Shown: piece after piece, positions 51,595 through 64,000 of the stretch
Numbering within the stretch: position 1 is the stretch's first letter
Layout of the letters: each line of letters starts with the position of its first letter
NCBI RefSeq assembly: GCF_018350175.1
Contig: NC_058368.1
Coordinates: 21,516,001-21,580,000 of the forward strand
From: Felis catus
Taxonomy: Eukaryota
Reading direction: 5' to 3'
DNA length: 64,000 nucleotides
Made by a program: the position numbers and the translations under genes
The notes under the pieces: model-generated
The model's input: only the letters and a program-made list of their open reading frames with translations
The model's database searches: none
What the model was told of the DNA's origin: nothing

Positions 51595-52586
51595 TTTCAA
51601 CAAGGATGCCAAGACAATTCCATGGGGGAAAGAATGGCCCTTTAAAAAATTTTTTTTGAAATGTTTATTTATTTTTGAGAGAGGGAGAGAGAGCGCAAGC
51701 AGGGGAGGGGCAGGGAGAGAGAGGGAGACGAAGGATCCAAAGCGCGGGCTCAGTGCTGATAGCAGAGAGCCTGATGTGGGGTTTGAACCCACAAACTGGG
51801 AGATCATGACCTGAGCTGAAGTTGGATACTCAACGGACCGAGCCACCCAGGTGCCCCAAGAATGGCCTTTTTAACATGTAGTGCAGGGACATCTGGATGT
51901 CTGTGAAAAAAAAAAAAAAATGAATACCTACTTTACATCATACGGAAAAATTAACTTAGAATGTCTCAAAGACCTAAAGTAGGAGCTGAAATAATACAAC
52001 TCTTAGAAAAAACATAGGAGTAAATCTTTCTGACCTTGGATTAGATAATGGTTTCTTAGACATAACACCAAAGCACAGTGACAAAAGAAAAACTGGATAA
52101 ATTGGGATTCATAAAATTAATTTCTGTGCTTTAAAGGACACCATGAAGAATGTGAAAAGACAACCTACAGAGTGGGAGAAATTTTTTGCAAGTTATATAA
52201 TCTGGTAAAAGACTTGTACCCAGGTTACATAAGAACTTATACAACTCAAGAGCAAAAAGATAAATAAACCCAATTTAAAAATGGGCAAAGGATCTGAATA
52301 GAATTACTCCGAGGAAGATATGCAAATCACCAATAAACACGTGAAAAGAAGCTCAACATCACTGATCATTAAGGAAATGCAAATCAAAACTACAGTGAGG
52401 GGCGCCTGGGTGGCTCAGTCGGTTCAGTGGCTGACTTGAGCTCAGCTCATGATCTCATGGTTCATAAGTTTGAGCGCCACGTCAGGCTCTGTGCTGACAG
52501 CCTGCTTCAGATTCTGTGTCTCCCTCTCTCTCTCTGCTCCCTTCCGCTCATGTTCTGTCTGTCTCTCAAAAATAATTAAACATTGA

Positions 52587-52624
<38 letters not shown>

Positions 52625-53575
52625 CTATAGTGAGATACTATTTCAGACCTAACAGGATAGCTAAAATAAAAAGGACAGACAATAACGAGTACTGGTGAGG
52701 ATGTGGAGAAGTTGTACATTGCTGGGATTGTAATTTGATGTAGCCACTTTGCAAAAACAGTTCAGCAGTTATTCAACCTTCAAATGTAGAGTCACCATAT
52801 GATCCAGTAATTCCTTTCCTAGGTATATGACCAAGAACATTTAAACACACGTTCACTAAAAAACCTGTACACTAATGTTCCTAACAGTATTATTAATAAT
52901 AGTCAAGAGATGGAAACAACCCAAATGTTCATTGACTGATGCATGAATAAACAAAATATGGCACATTTACTACAGTGGAATACGTACTATTTGACCACAA
53001 AAAAGGAATGAAGGATTGACACAGGCCACAACGTGGGTGAACTTTGAAAACATCATGCTAAGTGAAAAAATCCACACAAAAAGGCCACAACTGTATGATC
53101 CCTTTTATATGAAATGTCCCAAATAGGCAAATCCCTGGAGTCAGAAAGTAGATTAATGATGGCCAAGGGCCAGGTGGCAGCAGAATGGGGAGTGACTGCT
53201 AAGGGGTATGTGGTTTCTTTTTGAGGTGATGGCAATGGTCACACAATTCTGTAGATAAACTAAAAAACTTTGACTTATACACTTTAAAAGGTTGAAATTT
53301 ATCATATGTGATAAATCTCAATAAAGCTTTTATTATTTTTAAATTCTGTATAGGGGCGCCTGGGTGGCTCAGTCGGTTAAGCGCCGACTTCGGCTCAGGT
53401 CATGATCTCGCGGTCCGTGAGTTCGAGCCCCACGTCGGGCTCTGTGCTGACAGCTCAGAGCCTGGAGCCTGTTTCAGATTCTGTGTCTCCCTCTCTCTGA
53501 CCCTCCCCCATTCATGCTCTGTCTCTCTGTCTCAAAAATAAATAAACGTTAAAAAAAATTTTTTTAAATAAATAA
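51595..53575 (+). mobile_element. L1M ORF2-end/3'UTR with CanSINE insertions (51645-51857 -, 52398-52625 + with (CAA)n tail, 53353-53575 +)
   Basis: caacaaggatgccaagacaattc ... aaaatgggcaaaggatctgaatag ... ggaaatgcaaatcaaaac ... ctcaataaagc. Confidence 0.85.
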
Positions 53576-55304
53576 ATTCTGTATATAGATTTCTTTTCTA
53601 CAGCAACCTTAGTGCATTTAATGTAGAAATCTATTTCTAAGAATTCAGTTTACATACTGCTTTCTGGGTTTTAGATGAAGTGTGATTATAATATCTGTAT
53701 TTATTTTAGGGGCTTTATTCATTTGCTGTTCTTAGGAACATTTACAGGGTGCCAATGAATTAAGAACATATAAAATGGGATTTTACCTTTTTTTGTGAAA
53801 TTTTAGGAAAATTCAAGTATCTTCTTAACTTTTTCCTTTGCCTCCTTTCCAAAGCTTTGCATCTCTTTTTAGAGAGTATTTTAAGTATTTGGCATAAATT
53901 GAGGTCTACATTAGATGGTAGACACGATACAAACAGGAAGTTTGAAAGAAGCCATATATAATAATTTTTAAAGCATTCGGTTAAATGTTTGGAATAGCCA
54001 AAGTGAGAGGGGAAAAAAAAGTATTCTAATTATGCTCAATTCTTAGCAGTTCCATTTTCCTACACTGAAGTCCTCTTGGCAAACATAACCTTGGAGCTAG
54101 CTCACACTGCTGGTATTTCAAAGTCTTTTCTTTCACAGTGAGTTTTTTAAAAGTAGTTTTCAAATATTCCAGAGTTCTGTAAACTTTACCAACAATTTTA
54201 AGTAGTCTCACATTCCCTGTGACTCAGCTTACAGGATCTGCAAAGGTTAGAGGCCTAGGAGTTATGCCCCAAACTGAAACTAGGCCGACCCAGGACCACA
54301 TCTACATTCATAGACACACATGTCTTAATGGATGGAAGTAAAACACGTCCTTCTGAATATAAAAATCGGGGTTCTGACAACACCTGCATTTGGAATATTC
54401 ATGTGCAGGACCACTATTGAGAAAATAGGTTTGGGGGGATTGCAACTATAGGTAAAACCTTATAAAAAACACTACAAATTTTTCTACACTCACAAAAATA
54501 AAACCATAGACACTGTGTGACATTGTACATATCTTAAACTAATGTTAGGTACATTTTAACCAATAATTCATTTCCCTTCCTTGTTATAAGAAACATTTTG
54601 GGATCTTTCTCACGATTTCAATGAGATACTTATGATTTTGTTCTTTTGCAGATATTACATATAAGAAGTATTGTTTTCCTCTGTCTGATCCTCCTGCAAA
54701 TGTCCAGTGCCTTTTGGTTTCATAATTTCGAGATGGTGACTTCTTGTTCCCCAGCCCTACTTCAGTCCCAAGACACAGAATCACTTCAATGTTTGAGATG
54801 CTTTGAGAAACATTTATTTGAACTATTTGATCCAGCCAACTAAGTGTTTTTACAACCTCCTTTCCATAATATCAGGCTATGTAGCCTTATCTTTGGCCAT
54901 AGAAACTTTGCACAAAACACTTATCATCAGATCCTTGATGACAAGTGAAGGTTTAGGTACCTTCTGTACTGCTAAACAAGGAGTGTCTTATCCTTCCTTA
55001 ATTTCTTCTGGGAATGCAAAACCTACCCCAGTAGTACCTTTGCTTTGCTTCCTTTTTTTTTTCTTTTCTTTATCCTAATATCTCTTTCTCCTAATTATTG
55101 CAGAAATTGTACCTAGAATCTAAATTGGTAGGAAAAGTTTTGTGTAAGTACACAAGGACACCTGCACTTTTAGTAAGAGAAGCTAAGGTCGGGGAGAGAT
55201 CACAAAACCCCCCTCAGTTTATGACAGTCTTCTCTCTCTTCTCCAGAAGGGAAGCAGATAAAGGCACAGTTCTTCCAGGTTGAAAGTTCCTGGCAAATCA
55301 TGGG

Positions 55305-55510
55305 TTTTTTAAATAAATGTTTATTTATTTATTTTGAGAGAGAGAGAATGGGGGAGGGGCAGAGAGAGAAGGAGAGAAAGAATTCCAAGCAGGCTCTGCA
55401 CTGTCAGCACAGAGCCCGACACAGAGCTGGATCCCATGAACCATACAATCATGACCTGAGCCGAAATCAAGAGTTGGATGCTTAATCGACTAAGCCACCT
55501 AGGTGCCCTG
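55305..55510 (-). mobile_element. CanSINE
   Basis: cctggcaaatca on both flanks. Confidence 0.85.
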
Positions 55511-56019
55511 GCAAATCACATTTTTTATTCCCTGAGGTCTTATTTACAGAGCACTTGGCTTCTTTTCTTCCTTTTCAATACTAAAAACTATTCTGATTTA
55601 TCTTCTATTATTCTCCTTTTTCTATACCTCTATCCAATTCCTTTATTTTACCCCATCCTCTCTTTCCTTCTAATGCCAGAACTCTGTATTTTCCAAGTAT
55701 CCAACATGTTTTAACTGTTTTAGTGATTCAAAGTACTAACTATCCTTTTCTTTGGATCATTTAGAGATACCCTATGAAAGACACCCTTCCTAAATGTTCC
55801 AGTGTGTTGCTAACAAAGTGGAAGTGTTGCAGGAGAAGGTTCTCAATGTTTCTTGTTAATTTTTGGTTGTTGAATATAGGTAAGATACTTTATACTTCGG
55901 CAAATCCAGATTAAATGAGTGCAATTAATGTCAGCTGAATTTAAATGTCAGCTTGAGGTAAGGGAAGAGATGTAAACAAAAATTAGGAATTTATTCTTAA
56001 ATGTAGCACCCTAGGCTGG

Positions 56020-56255
56020 CAGGTTGCATAGTGGTTAAGAACTAAGACCCTAGAGCCAGACTGCCTGGGTTTGAGTGCAGCTTTATCCCTTACTGACTGT
56101 GTGACTTTGGGCACCTTTCTTATCTGTGCCTCGGCTTCCTCATGTGTAAAGCGGAAGATGCTTTTACCTCATGGGGTTGTTACAAGGATTAAATTAGTTT
56201 ATAAAAAGCATTTATTATTGCCCGGTAATAGTAAGCACAACATAAATATTAGTTA
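56020..56255 (+). mobile_element. MIR
   Basis: tagtggttaaga ... gagccagactgcctgggtttga ... ctgtgcctcggcttcctcat, the MIR core. Confidence 0.78.
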
Positions 56256-57142
56256 CGATGACTCAAAATTACAGTAATGAATAGATCAAGGCCCCAGAAA
56301 TATTTTTAGTTTTTAGAAGTATGAGTTTTTTGTAAGGTTTCTGATTTTTGAAAGATCACAAATGTGGTCTGGAGTACCCCAAGAAAAAAGTTTGGCTTAA
56401 TAACTGATTAATGAGTTTTTAAAAAAGAAACCATTTTGTGTGACCCAGTACAGAGTGTAAAGTTCACTAACAGGAGATGTCTGGTTGGCATAAAAACCAT
56501 TAAAGAAAATCCTGAGCATGATGTTAAACTCAACTCGGAAACACATGCTTTACATTATTGTCCTATCAGTTCTCAAGTTCCTGGCATATGTCGCTGAAGC
56601 AGACTTTTTTTTTTTTTCAAGTAGTCATTCTCTCTTATTGCTTTTGACTTAGATAAACGACCTTCTAACTAACTATTGGGAAACTTTTTGTAGGCTTTAT
56701 TTGTGACTGTTATTTAAAGTGATAGCTGTGAAAGACTGTCAAAATATCTTTAGCATTGTGCTTTTCAAAAAGAAAGGATAATTCCTTTGAAAATAATAAT
56801 GAAAGGATAATCAAATCCCAGATATAAGAAGGATAAGGTCTGTGAGCTCATGGATGGCATTCATCTGCCAACACAGGGAAGTCTGTTTTAGGAGCTAACT
56901 GGTTTTGCTTGCTTCATACTGCTGAGTCTACTTGAGTTGCTACATTGGGGGCAAAGTGCACTGGGCAGTGGCCCAGCATTTTACTCTTCCAGCCAGGAAA
57001 GACTATGGCAATTCTGCTTCTACAGTCATGGCCAATTCATGCCATCTAATAGTCTGGCTTTTCACTGAAGATGTGAGTAACTTGAGTGGTCTAAATATTC
57101 GTTAAATATTTAATACAAGTACTACTTTTAATAATATTAATG

Positions 57143-57295
57143 AGGGGCACCTGGGTGGCTCAGTCGGTTAAGCGTCCCACTTGGGCTCAGGTCATGATCT
57201 CCTGGAGCTCGAGCCCCTCTGAGCTGTCAGCACAGAAGCTGGAGCCTGCTTCAGATTCTGTGTCTTCATCTCTCTGTGCCCCTCCCCCGCTCATG

Positions 57296-57342
<47 letters not shown>

Positions 57343-57390
57343 TGTGTGTCTGTGCGTGTGTGTGTCAAAAAATAAATATCAAAAAATTAA
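57143..57390 (+). mobile_element. CanSINE containing a (TG)n microsatellite
   Basis: Head visible; (TG)n 57297-57365; taataatattaatga on both flanks. Confidence 0.87.
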
Positions 57391-58419
57391 TAATATTAAT
57401 GATATTATTAAAACATAATTGATAAATATTAATAAGATTTATGAATAAATATTTTACCTAATAACAACAGCTATTTTGATATTGTCTATACGTGAATTAT
57501 GGCAGCTTGTAGCCAATATGGAGTTTAATGAAACATACAAAAATAAAGTGCAAATCTGCATTTTGAATTGAAAGCACATTTAAAAGAATTTCAGCATTTA
57601 TTATTTTTTTTAAGAATTTCAGCATTTATTACAAGAGTTAGATCTTCATAATTTGAGAGGCAGCATGACCTGGTGGAGCAAATACAGGCTTAGGAGTCAC
57701 TGATGGGCTTTGAATCCTACTTTGTTTATTTCCTAATTATCTGAGGCTACACCAGTTTTTTAATCCTTCTAATCCTATTTCTTCATATAGAGTGGGGACA
57801 ATATCTACCCAGAAAACTTTCAAGAATTCAACTAGATACATACATGAAAGAGTGCCTACCTCAGGGAATGACATTCGACTCCCCCCTTCCCCCAACGGAA
57901 AGAGAACCGAACCCTAATTAAACCCTCAGAATAATGAGCATGGTTTTCAGTAAAAGAAAAATTTCATGTGTAAAATGATTGATTACCAAGAAAGTACTCT
58001 ATAGGCAGTGAGAGTCTATCCTCAATCACTTTAATAATCACCTTTAGATATTAATTCTATGGTTAACTAAATCTCAAAGTATAGAATTTGGAGGTTTTCC
58101 CTATTGTAATGAAAAGATCATTTGTATAGACTGCAAAGAGGCCCAGGACCCAGAAAAAATTCTCTTATTCCTTAGGAAGAAACAAACAAAAACAAAAAAA
58201 GTCTCCATTAAGGATATTTGCACTCAGGTCACTAAAAAGTTATGTATAGGAAACCATTACATATGAAATGGGCATCTTGCATCTGTTTCCCAGAGCCTGA
58301 ACTTGGGTGAAGCCTCCAGGTTGGAAACCATTTGGGGAATAAAGGTTTGAGCCCAGTTAATGCTAGAGGTCATTGAAGACCATCTCCAGGCACCAAGCTG
58401 TATTTAACAATTTTTTAAA

Positions 58420-58636
58420 ATACAGTTTATTTTATTATTTGTTTTGAGAGAGAGAGCGTGTGCACGTGCATGAGAAGGAGAGGGGCAACGAGACAGGGGG
58501 AGAAAGAATCCAAAGCAAGCTTTGCACTGTCACCGTGGAGCCCCATACCAGGTTTGAACCCACAAACCATGAGATCATGGCCTGAGCCAAAATCAAGAGT
58601 AGGATGTTAAACCCACTGAGCCACCCAGGCACCCCT
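58420..58636 (-). mobile_element. CanSINE
   Basis: ctgtatttaa on both flanks; reverse-complement head. Confidence 0.83.
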
Positions 58637-59229
58637 GTATTTAAAGATATGAAGTCGACCAGGCACAGATGACGTAAGCAGGCAAGGAGATGACAGATGA
58701 CCACCCTGTGGGCCTCCTACTTGGAAGCAGAAAGGGGCAGATGGTAGGAACCGAGGTCTTCCCTTGGGGGACCAGACATCCTCGCTCCCTCGGGAGTTCT
58801 CTTCACACTCCTAGAAACCCCCAATCCACGAAGAGAGCTTGGCAGAGGCCCGTCAAGCGGTACCTCCCAGAGGTATCCTCCCTGGAAGGCCTCCTGGGAG
58901 CCCCAACCGCGTGGCATCAGGAGCCACGGGATGCGCATCTCTGCACCTAAAATGCATCAGGGCCCACTTAGAGCCGTGGGTGCACATCCACGGTGAAGTT
59001 ACTAACAACCATTACTTCTGAGGCCTGTGTGTCTATTTAGAATTTGAAGAAATTCTTCAGAAATCTGCTACGGTAGGAAGAGGAGGCTCGGTCAAGGTAA
59101 AGTTCTCTCAGCCCTGAGCTTGCCGTGGGGGAGTGGGAGTGTGTGGAAAACCTCGGGGCTTCCACTCCCCCAGCCTGACTTGATTCTGTCAATTCATCCC
59201 TAAAGGTAATGTCAAAGTTGGGGGGAACA

Positions 59230-60080
59230 GTTTTTAAAACGCAGCGTCGGACGGTTGTAGACCAGGCGGAGAAGCCGACGCCTTGAGCATTGCTCAACAT
59301 AAGAACTCAAACTTGAAGCCCCGCGGAGGAAAAAACGACCCCGCGCGCAGGCGCACGCCGTCCTCCGCCTGCTCGCCCGTCCCGCCCGTCCCGCCCTCTG
59401 CCCCTGCTCCGCCCAGCCCCGCCCCCTTCTCGACCCCGCCCCTCCCCACGCGCAGATCCTCCGCATCTTCCGCACAGGCCGGCTTCACCTCTGCCTGCAC
59501 TGCGCCCTCCCGGCGTGGGGCGTCGCTGTATCGGTCTGCGCGCTCGACACAGATACCTCCGGCGCTCGGGCAGGGGCGGGAGGCGGAGCGAAGGCGTAGG
59601 GGCGGCGTCACCGCGGGCTTGGGGCGGCCGGCGGCTAGCGGAGGCGGCCGAGTCGGTGGTCCTGGCGTGATGGCTGCCTCGGTGTTCTGCTGCCTGCGGT
59701 GCTGCAGGGACGGCGGGACGGGACACATCCCTCTGAAGGAGATGCCGGCGGTGCAGCTGGACACGCAGCACATGGGTAAGGGCCCTCCCTTCTCCAGACC
59801 CAACGGCCCGCGCCGGGTGGGGCGCGGCGGGTCGGGGGCAGTGAGGGGTCGGAGGGACCACACGCCCACGCGCGGCCCTGCCTCTCCGGGCGCCGCCCTC
59901 CGCTCCCTGCTCTCAGTTGCTGCCCTCGACCCCATTTCGTCTCGCGGCGGACTCCACCTCGGCCCTGTTCTGTGTTCAAGGCTACGCAGCCCTGTCTGCC
60001 CCTGTCATCGGGAGGTGCTTGTGCGCACCTACCCATTTTCACGGGAATCTCGGAGCTGCCGCCTCCCGAGACTCGTCAGC
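59230..60080. promoter_or_regulatory. CpG island / SPRYD7 promoter
   Basis: CpG-dense; several GC boxes 59370-59445; NRF1-type GCGCAGGCGC at 59345-59354. Confidence 0.85.
59670..59775 (+). CDS. SPRYD7: SPRYD7 coding exon 1
   Basis: gtgATGG start; MAASVFCCLRCCRDGGTGHIPLKEMPAVQLDTQHM(G); donor G|GTAAGG; 106 nt, phase 1. Confidence 0.95.
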
Positions 60081-60363
60081 TGTTCCCAGGTGAGGGGAGC
60101 GCCCCTGGTGCTCCTCCTACTGAGTTACTACTAAATTGCCCAAACAGGATTTGTAGCCGCAAATGAATATTAATGTAAACATTCTCAGGGGGAAAAAGGG
60201 GCGGGGGGAGAAGTAAAAATTGTTCTGAATTTATCAGCATTTCTAAATTTCAAAGTAAATATAGCATCGCTATTTTTTTGATTTAGAATTAGAAGTGAAA
60301 GAAAGTAACCTTGATTGTTGGATAAGAAAATAAAAAACTTCACACTGTGTATTTTTTATTTAG

Positions 60364-60480
60364 GAACAGATGTTGTCATTGTAAAAAATGGAAGAAGAAT
60401 ATGTGGAACAGGAGGTTGTTTAGCCAGTGCCCCTTTACATCAAAACAAAAGCTACTTTGAATTCAAAATCCAGTCCACAG
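60364..60480 (+). CDS. SPRYD7: SPRYD7 coding exon 2
   Basis: Acceptor ttttttatttag|; (G)TDVVIVKNGRRICGTGGCLASAPLHQNKSYFEFKIQST(G); 117 nt, phase 1-1; donor CAG|GTCGGT. Confidence 0.93.
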
Positions 60481-62224
60481 GTCGGTATAATGGTCCTTTA
60501 CTATTAAAAGTGCTAATTGTTGTAACTATTAAGAGCAGTTCTCGATATATGGAAAAGATTAATGAGGCAATAAAAAAGCACGAAACTTATTTGGAAGATC
60601 CTTTTTCCCACCCCTCGGGTGGTTCCAGTTAAATTATACTTTAGGTTCTGTTTTCTTATTTGTAAAATGGGATTACAGGAACTGTAATCCTGCTTCACAT
60701 GAGTTATACCAATGCAAGTGTTTTAAAGACAGGGCACACAGGATCAGTGTTAGGCACTAGCCTTATTAATGGGTACTAAATGCGCCTTTGGGTACTAAAT
60801 GTTTTCTTTGGTCAAGCATATAAGGTGTAGACTCTTGATGTTTTATCTTAGCATAAAATCAATCTTATGATCCGTTTTTTTTTCCTCTTAATTCTTGTTA
60901 AGATGCCCAAGTTCATTGTCTTCTGAAGCAATCAGCAAATTTAGAATTCTGATCGAAGGCTAATGTTTATACTTCTCATTAAAAACTTATGGAGTTTCTT
61001 GAATCATACAACACTTCTGCTTGAGTATTATAATAATGATTAGATAATTTGTAGCCATATTGAATATGGAGAAATACATTTTTAAAGCTTTATTATAAAA
61101 AATTACTAGTGAAATATAGTATGAATAATGTAAGTATAAGTGTAGAATAGGAAAAGTAGAGGGAAGTAAATCATACTTTTACTCGACAAGCTTGAATGGT
61201 ATAAAGCATCCTTCTGGAGCTTGTCTTCTAGATTAGTTCAAAATACTGATTTTGCTAAGTATATGAAATAAATATGAATCTGTCCTCCATTCTTTTATAA
61301 AATATCTCTGGCTACTAAAATCTTAAGTAAAACATACCTTTTCTCAAGAAAAGCAAATGTTTTCTAGATCCTTGAATCCAGTACAAATTTTTATGTGGAT
61401 TTTCTGTAAAGGATGACATCTTCAGTGACATTCCTAGAATAAATACATTGTTGGAGTCTGTAAATTGATCTCTCAATGAAAGCCTGAGGCAGTTATGCCA
61501 AAATGTATCACAGCATGCACAGTTCTTGAGGGGTAAGGAGAGTAATCCTGCCTAGAACTGTTGTCCCATGAAATCAATATTATTACCTTCTGTTACTCTT
61601 AAAATTGTCCCACTCTGGAGAATAAATTACATAGATTATTTAGGAAGCCCAGACAGTGATATCCAGACATGCAACTTTTTGATAGTCTTGCTCAATTCAG
61701 AAAAATTAATCAATTGGCAACATGACCTTGAAACCTTCTTCCATTTATAGATTTTCTCCTAACTGATTTTGATAAAAACTGAGAAGGAAACAGTTTGAGA
61801 CAAAATCCAGAGCTCTAGGTATTCTGTTTGGCTGCTTAAGAGGAGAGCTGCTTGCTTTAAAATCAGCTTAGACCAAAAGATTTTAAGCCCACTGACTTAA
61901 GGCACGGGTAAGAAAATGATTTTACACTTCATCCTTAATTTTCTCCTCTCCATAATTTTGACCAGGTCCTATATTATTTGTCACATATTATATAGATGTA
62001 AAAACTAAAGACTAATTTCCCACTTCTCCAAAGTAGTGCTTGACTGGAACCCTAGGCCTTTTAAATTCAACGTGTAGCTTTTTAAAAACATCTTTCAGAA
62101 AGTAGTGATGATGATAATAGCTAACATCTAAAAATACTCTGCTTCACTTAACCGATTGTGGGGGGAATACTTACACTGTTACAAGTGCTTTACTTGATTA
62201 CCTTGCTATATCTTTTAATAACTT

Positions 62225-62935
62225 TTTTTTAAATTTTTTTTAACATTTATTTATTTTTGAGACAGAGAGAGACAGCATGAACGGGGAAGGGTCAGAGAGA
62301 GGGAGACACAGAATCTGAAACAGGCTCCAGGCTCTGAGCTGTCAGCACAGAGCCCGACGCGGGGCTTGAACTCATGGAACGTGAGATCATGACCTGAGCC
62401 GAAGTTGGACGCTTAACCGACTGAGCCACCCAGGCGCCCCTAATAACTTTTTGAAGTCTGTACTGTTAGAATCCCAAGTTCACAGGTGAGGAAGCAGAGT
62501 GAGGTTAAATAACTTGCCCCAGAGGACATAGCTAAGCCAAGGTTTAACCTAGTCCTTACAGCTTCAGGGCCCTCTCTTATCTCCTAGGCTGTACTCCATC
62601 TGTTGAGAATATAGGGTAGTTTGCAAACTACTTTTAAAAGATTTGTTTTTTTAAAAAACTAATAAAAGATAGTTTAGTGATAGCGTGCCATTTCTTTTAA
62701 AAACAATTTACACTCTTGGGGCGCCTGGGTGGCGCAGTCGGTTAAGCGTCCGACTTCAGCCAGGTCACGATCTTGCGGTCTGTGAGTTCGAGCCCCGCCT
62801 CAGGCTCTGGGCTGATGGCTCGGAGCCTGGAGCCTGTTTCCCATTCTGTGTCTCCCTCTCTCTCTGCCCCTCCCCCGTTCATACTCTGTCTCTCTCTGTC
62901 CCAAAAATAAATAAAGGTTGAAAAAAAAAAAATTT
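62225..62935. mobile_element. Two young CanSINEs: 62225-62440 (-, inside a MIR) and 62718-62935 (+)
   Basis: Near-consensus; TSDs taataactttt and aaaaacaatttacactct (62699-62716 / 62936-62953). Confidence 0.92.
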
Positions 62936-63018
62936 AAAAACAATTTACACTCTCTTAAAAACAACCCCTTGTTTCATATTCTTCAGATTTTGGGGGCATT
63001 TAAACTATTATTTTTTAG

Positions 63019-63185
63019 GAATATGGGGTATTGGCGTCGCAACTCAGAAAGTTAACTTGAATCAGATTCCTCTTGGCCGAGATGCCCACAGTCTGGTGAT
63101 GAGGAATGATGGAGCCCTATACCACAACAACGAGGAGAAAAATAGGCTGCCAGCAAACAGCCTCCCACAGGAGGGAGACGTGGTG
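63019..63185 (+). CDS. SPRYD7: SPRYD7 coding exon 3 (SPRY domain); gene continues past the window
   Basis: Acceptor attttttag|; (G)IWGIGVATQKVNLNQIPLGRDAHSLVMRNDGALYHNNEEKNRLPANSLPQEGDVV; donor GTG|GTGAGT; in frame with exon 2. Confidence 0.94.
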
Positions 63186-63589
63186 GTGAGTTTTCTTGTG
63201 GAGTTGCTTTCCACTGTAAATTATTCAACTTGAACGGCTTTTAGTGTATATAGTTTTGCTTGGGAGTTTGTAGTTTGAATTCCGAAGCACTGGGATTAGA
63301 TCTAATGAGGTACATGTTCCAGAGAAAGCACTCGATAAAGATGCTGCTGGCTAACCTAACTGCTCTCCTTTCTAGAGCTGCCACTGGCCAGGAAAATTAG
63401 TGTGAGCCCTTATTCCCATTCAGGAGAATTAATGACAGCTTGGCTCTTGATCAACATTTCCTGCTTCTCTCACATCAGAGAAATCTTCACCCACAATTTT
63501 AAAAGTTTGCTAACCTTCATATTAGAAAATATCAGGGGGGGACACCTGGGTCGCTCAGTAGGTTTAGCATCCAACTCTTTGTTGCCATC

Positions 63590-64000
63590 AATTTCTTCCA
63601 GACTCTTGTTAATGTTGATCTTTTGGCTTCTTCCCATGAATCATGAATGTTTTTAGGCCATGTTTTGAGTGGTGAATCCTCGGGGCACCTGGGTGGCTCA
63701 GTCAGCTAAGCATCCGACTTCAGCTCAGGTCATGATCTCGCGGTCTGTGAGTCTGAGCCCTGTATCAGGCTCTGTGCTGACAGCTCAGAGCCTGGAGCCG
63801 GATTCCGATTCTGTATCTCTCACTGCCCCTCCCCTGCTCACACTCTCTCAAAAATGAATAAATGTTAAAAAAAATTTTTTTTTCAATAGAATGGTGAATC
63901 CTTTTCAGAAGGTTTTCAATTTACTTTGCCCAAGTCCTTCAGAGGAATCACTATCTATGGCAGCTGTAGCTTTACAAAATGTATTTCTTAAGTAATAAGA
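63590..64000 (-). mobile_element. Tigger1-like DNA transposon fragment with an inserted CanSINE (63682-63880, +)
   Basis: gttaatgttgat ... cccatgaatc ... atggtgaatcctt ... cagaggaatcactatctatggcagct matches recalled Tigger1; SINE TSD tggtgaatcct. Confidence 0.78.

Noticed and set aside
59283..60134. 283-aa ORF as a single-exon gene, and the antisense 213/184-aa ORFs
   Set aside because: Only 59670-59775 is SPRYD7 coding; the rest is 5'UTR/promoter and intron read-through.
2585..63880. Recurrent ORFs like MAQSVKRPTSAQVMIS and tRNA-like A/B boxes
   Set aside because: All are CanSINE copies, not protein or tRNA genes. They are dispersed rather than regularly spaced, so not CRISPR-like.
1..64000. 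KCNRG and miR-15a/16-1, neighbours at the human locus
   Set aside because: No matching sequence seen; by synteny they would lie beyond the window start.

Overview
Mammalian DNA, most likely from a felid: it is full of carnivore tRNA-derived CanSINEs, including young Felis-type copies. The window is syntenic with human 13q14, the flank of the CLL deletion region. At the left edge is the 5' part of the TRIM13 coding exon (minus strand, ATG at 824). It runs off the window, which is why the ORF track misses it. A CpG-island promoter for TRIM13 lies at about 11.75-12.75 kb, with the miR-3613 hairpin beside it on the plus strand. About 47 kb of repeat-rich intergenic DNA follows, then a second CpG island with exons 1-3 of SPRYD7 (plus strand). 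Nearly all other ORFs in the track are SINE, microsatellite or GC-island artefacts. I see no prokaryotic-type system. The points most worth following up: a split, degraded hAT (Buster/Charlie-type) transposase fossil recognised by hand translation at 48.9-50.8 kb; an AUG-UGA start-stop overlapping the TRIM13 start codon; candidate plus-strand antisense (DLEU2-like) exons; a strong CTCF motif; and inverted young SINEs around SPRYD7 exon 3. Gene and repeat-family identifications are from recall, not database searches, and repeat boundaries are approximate.
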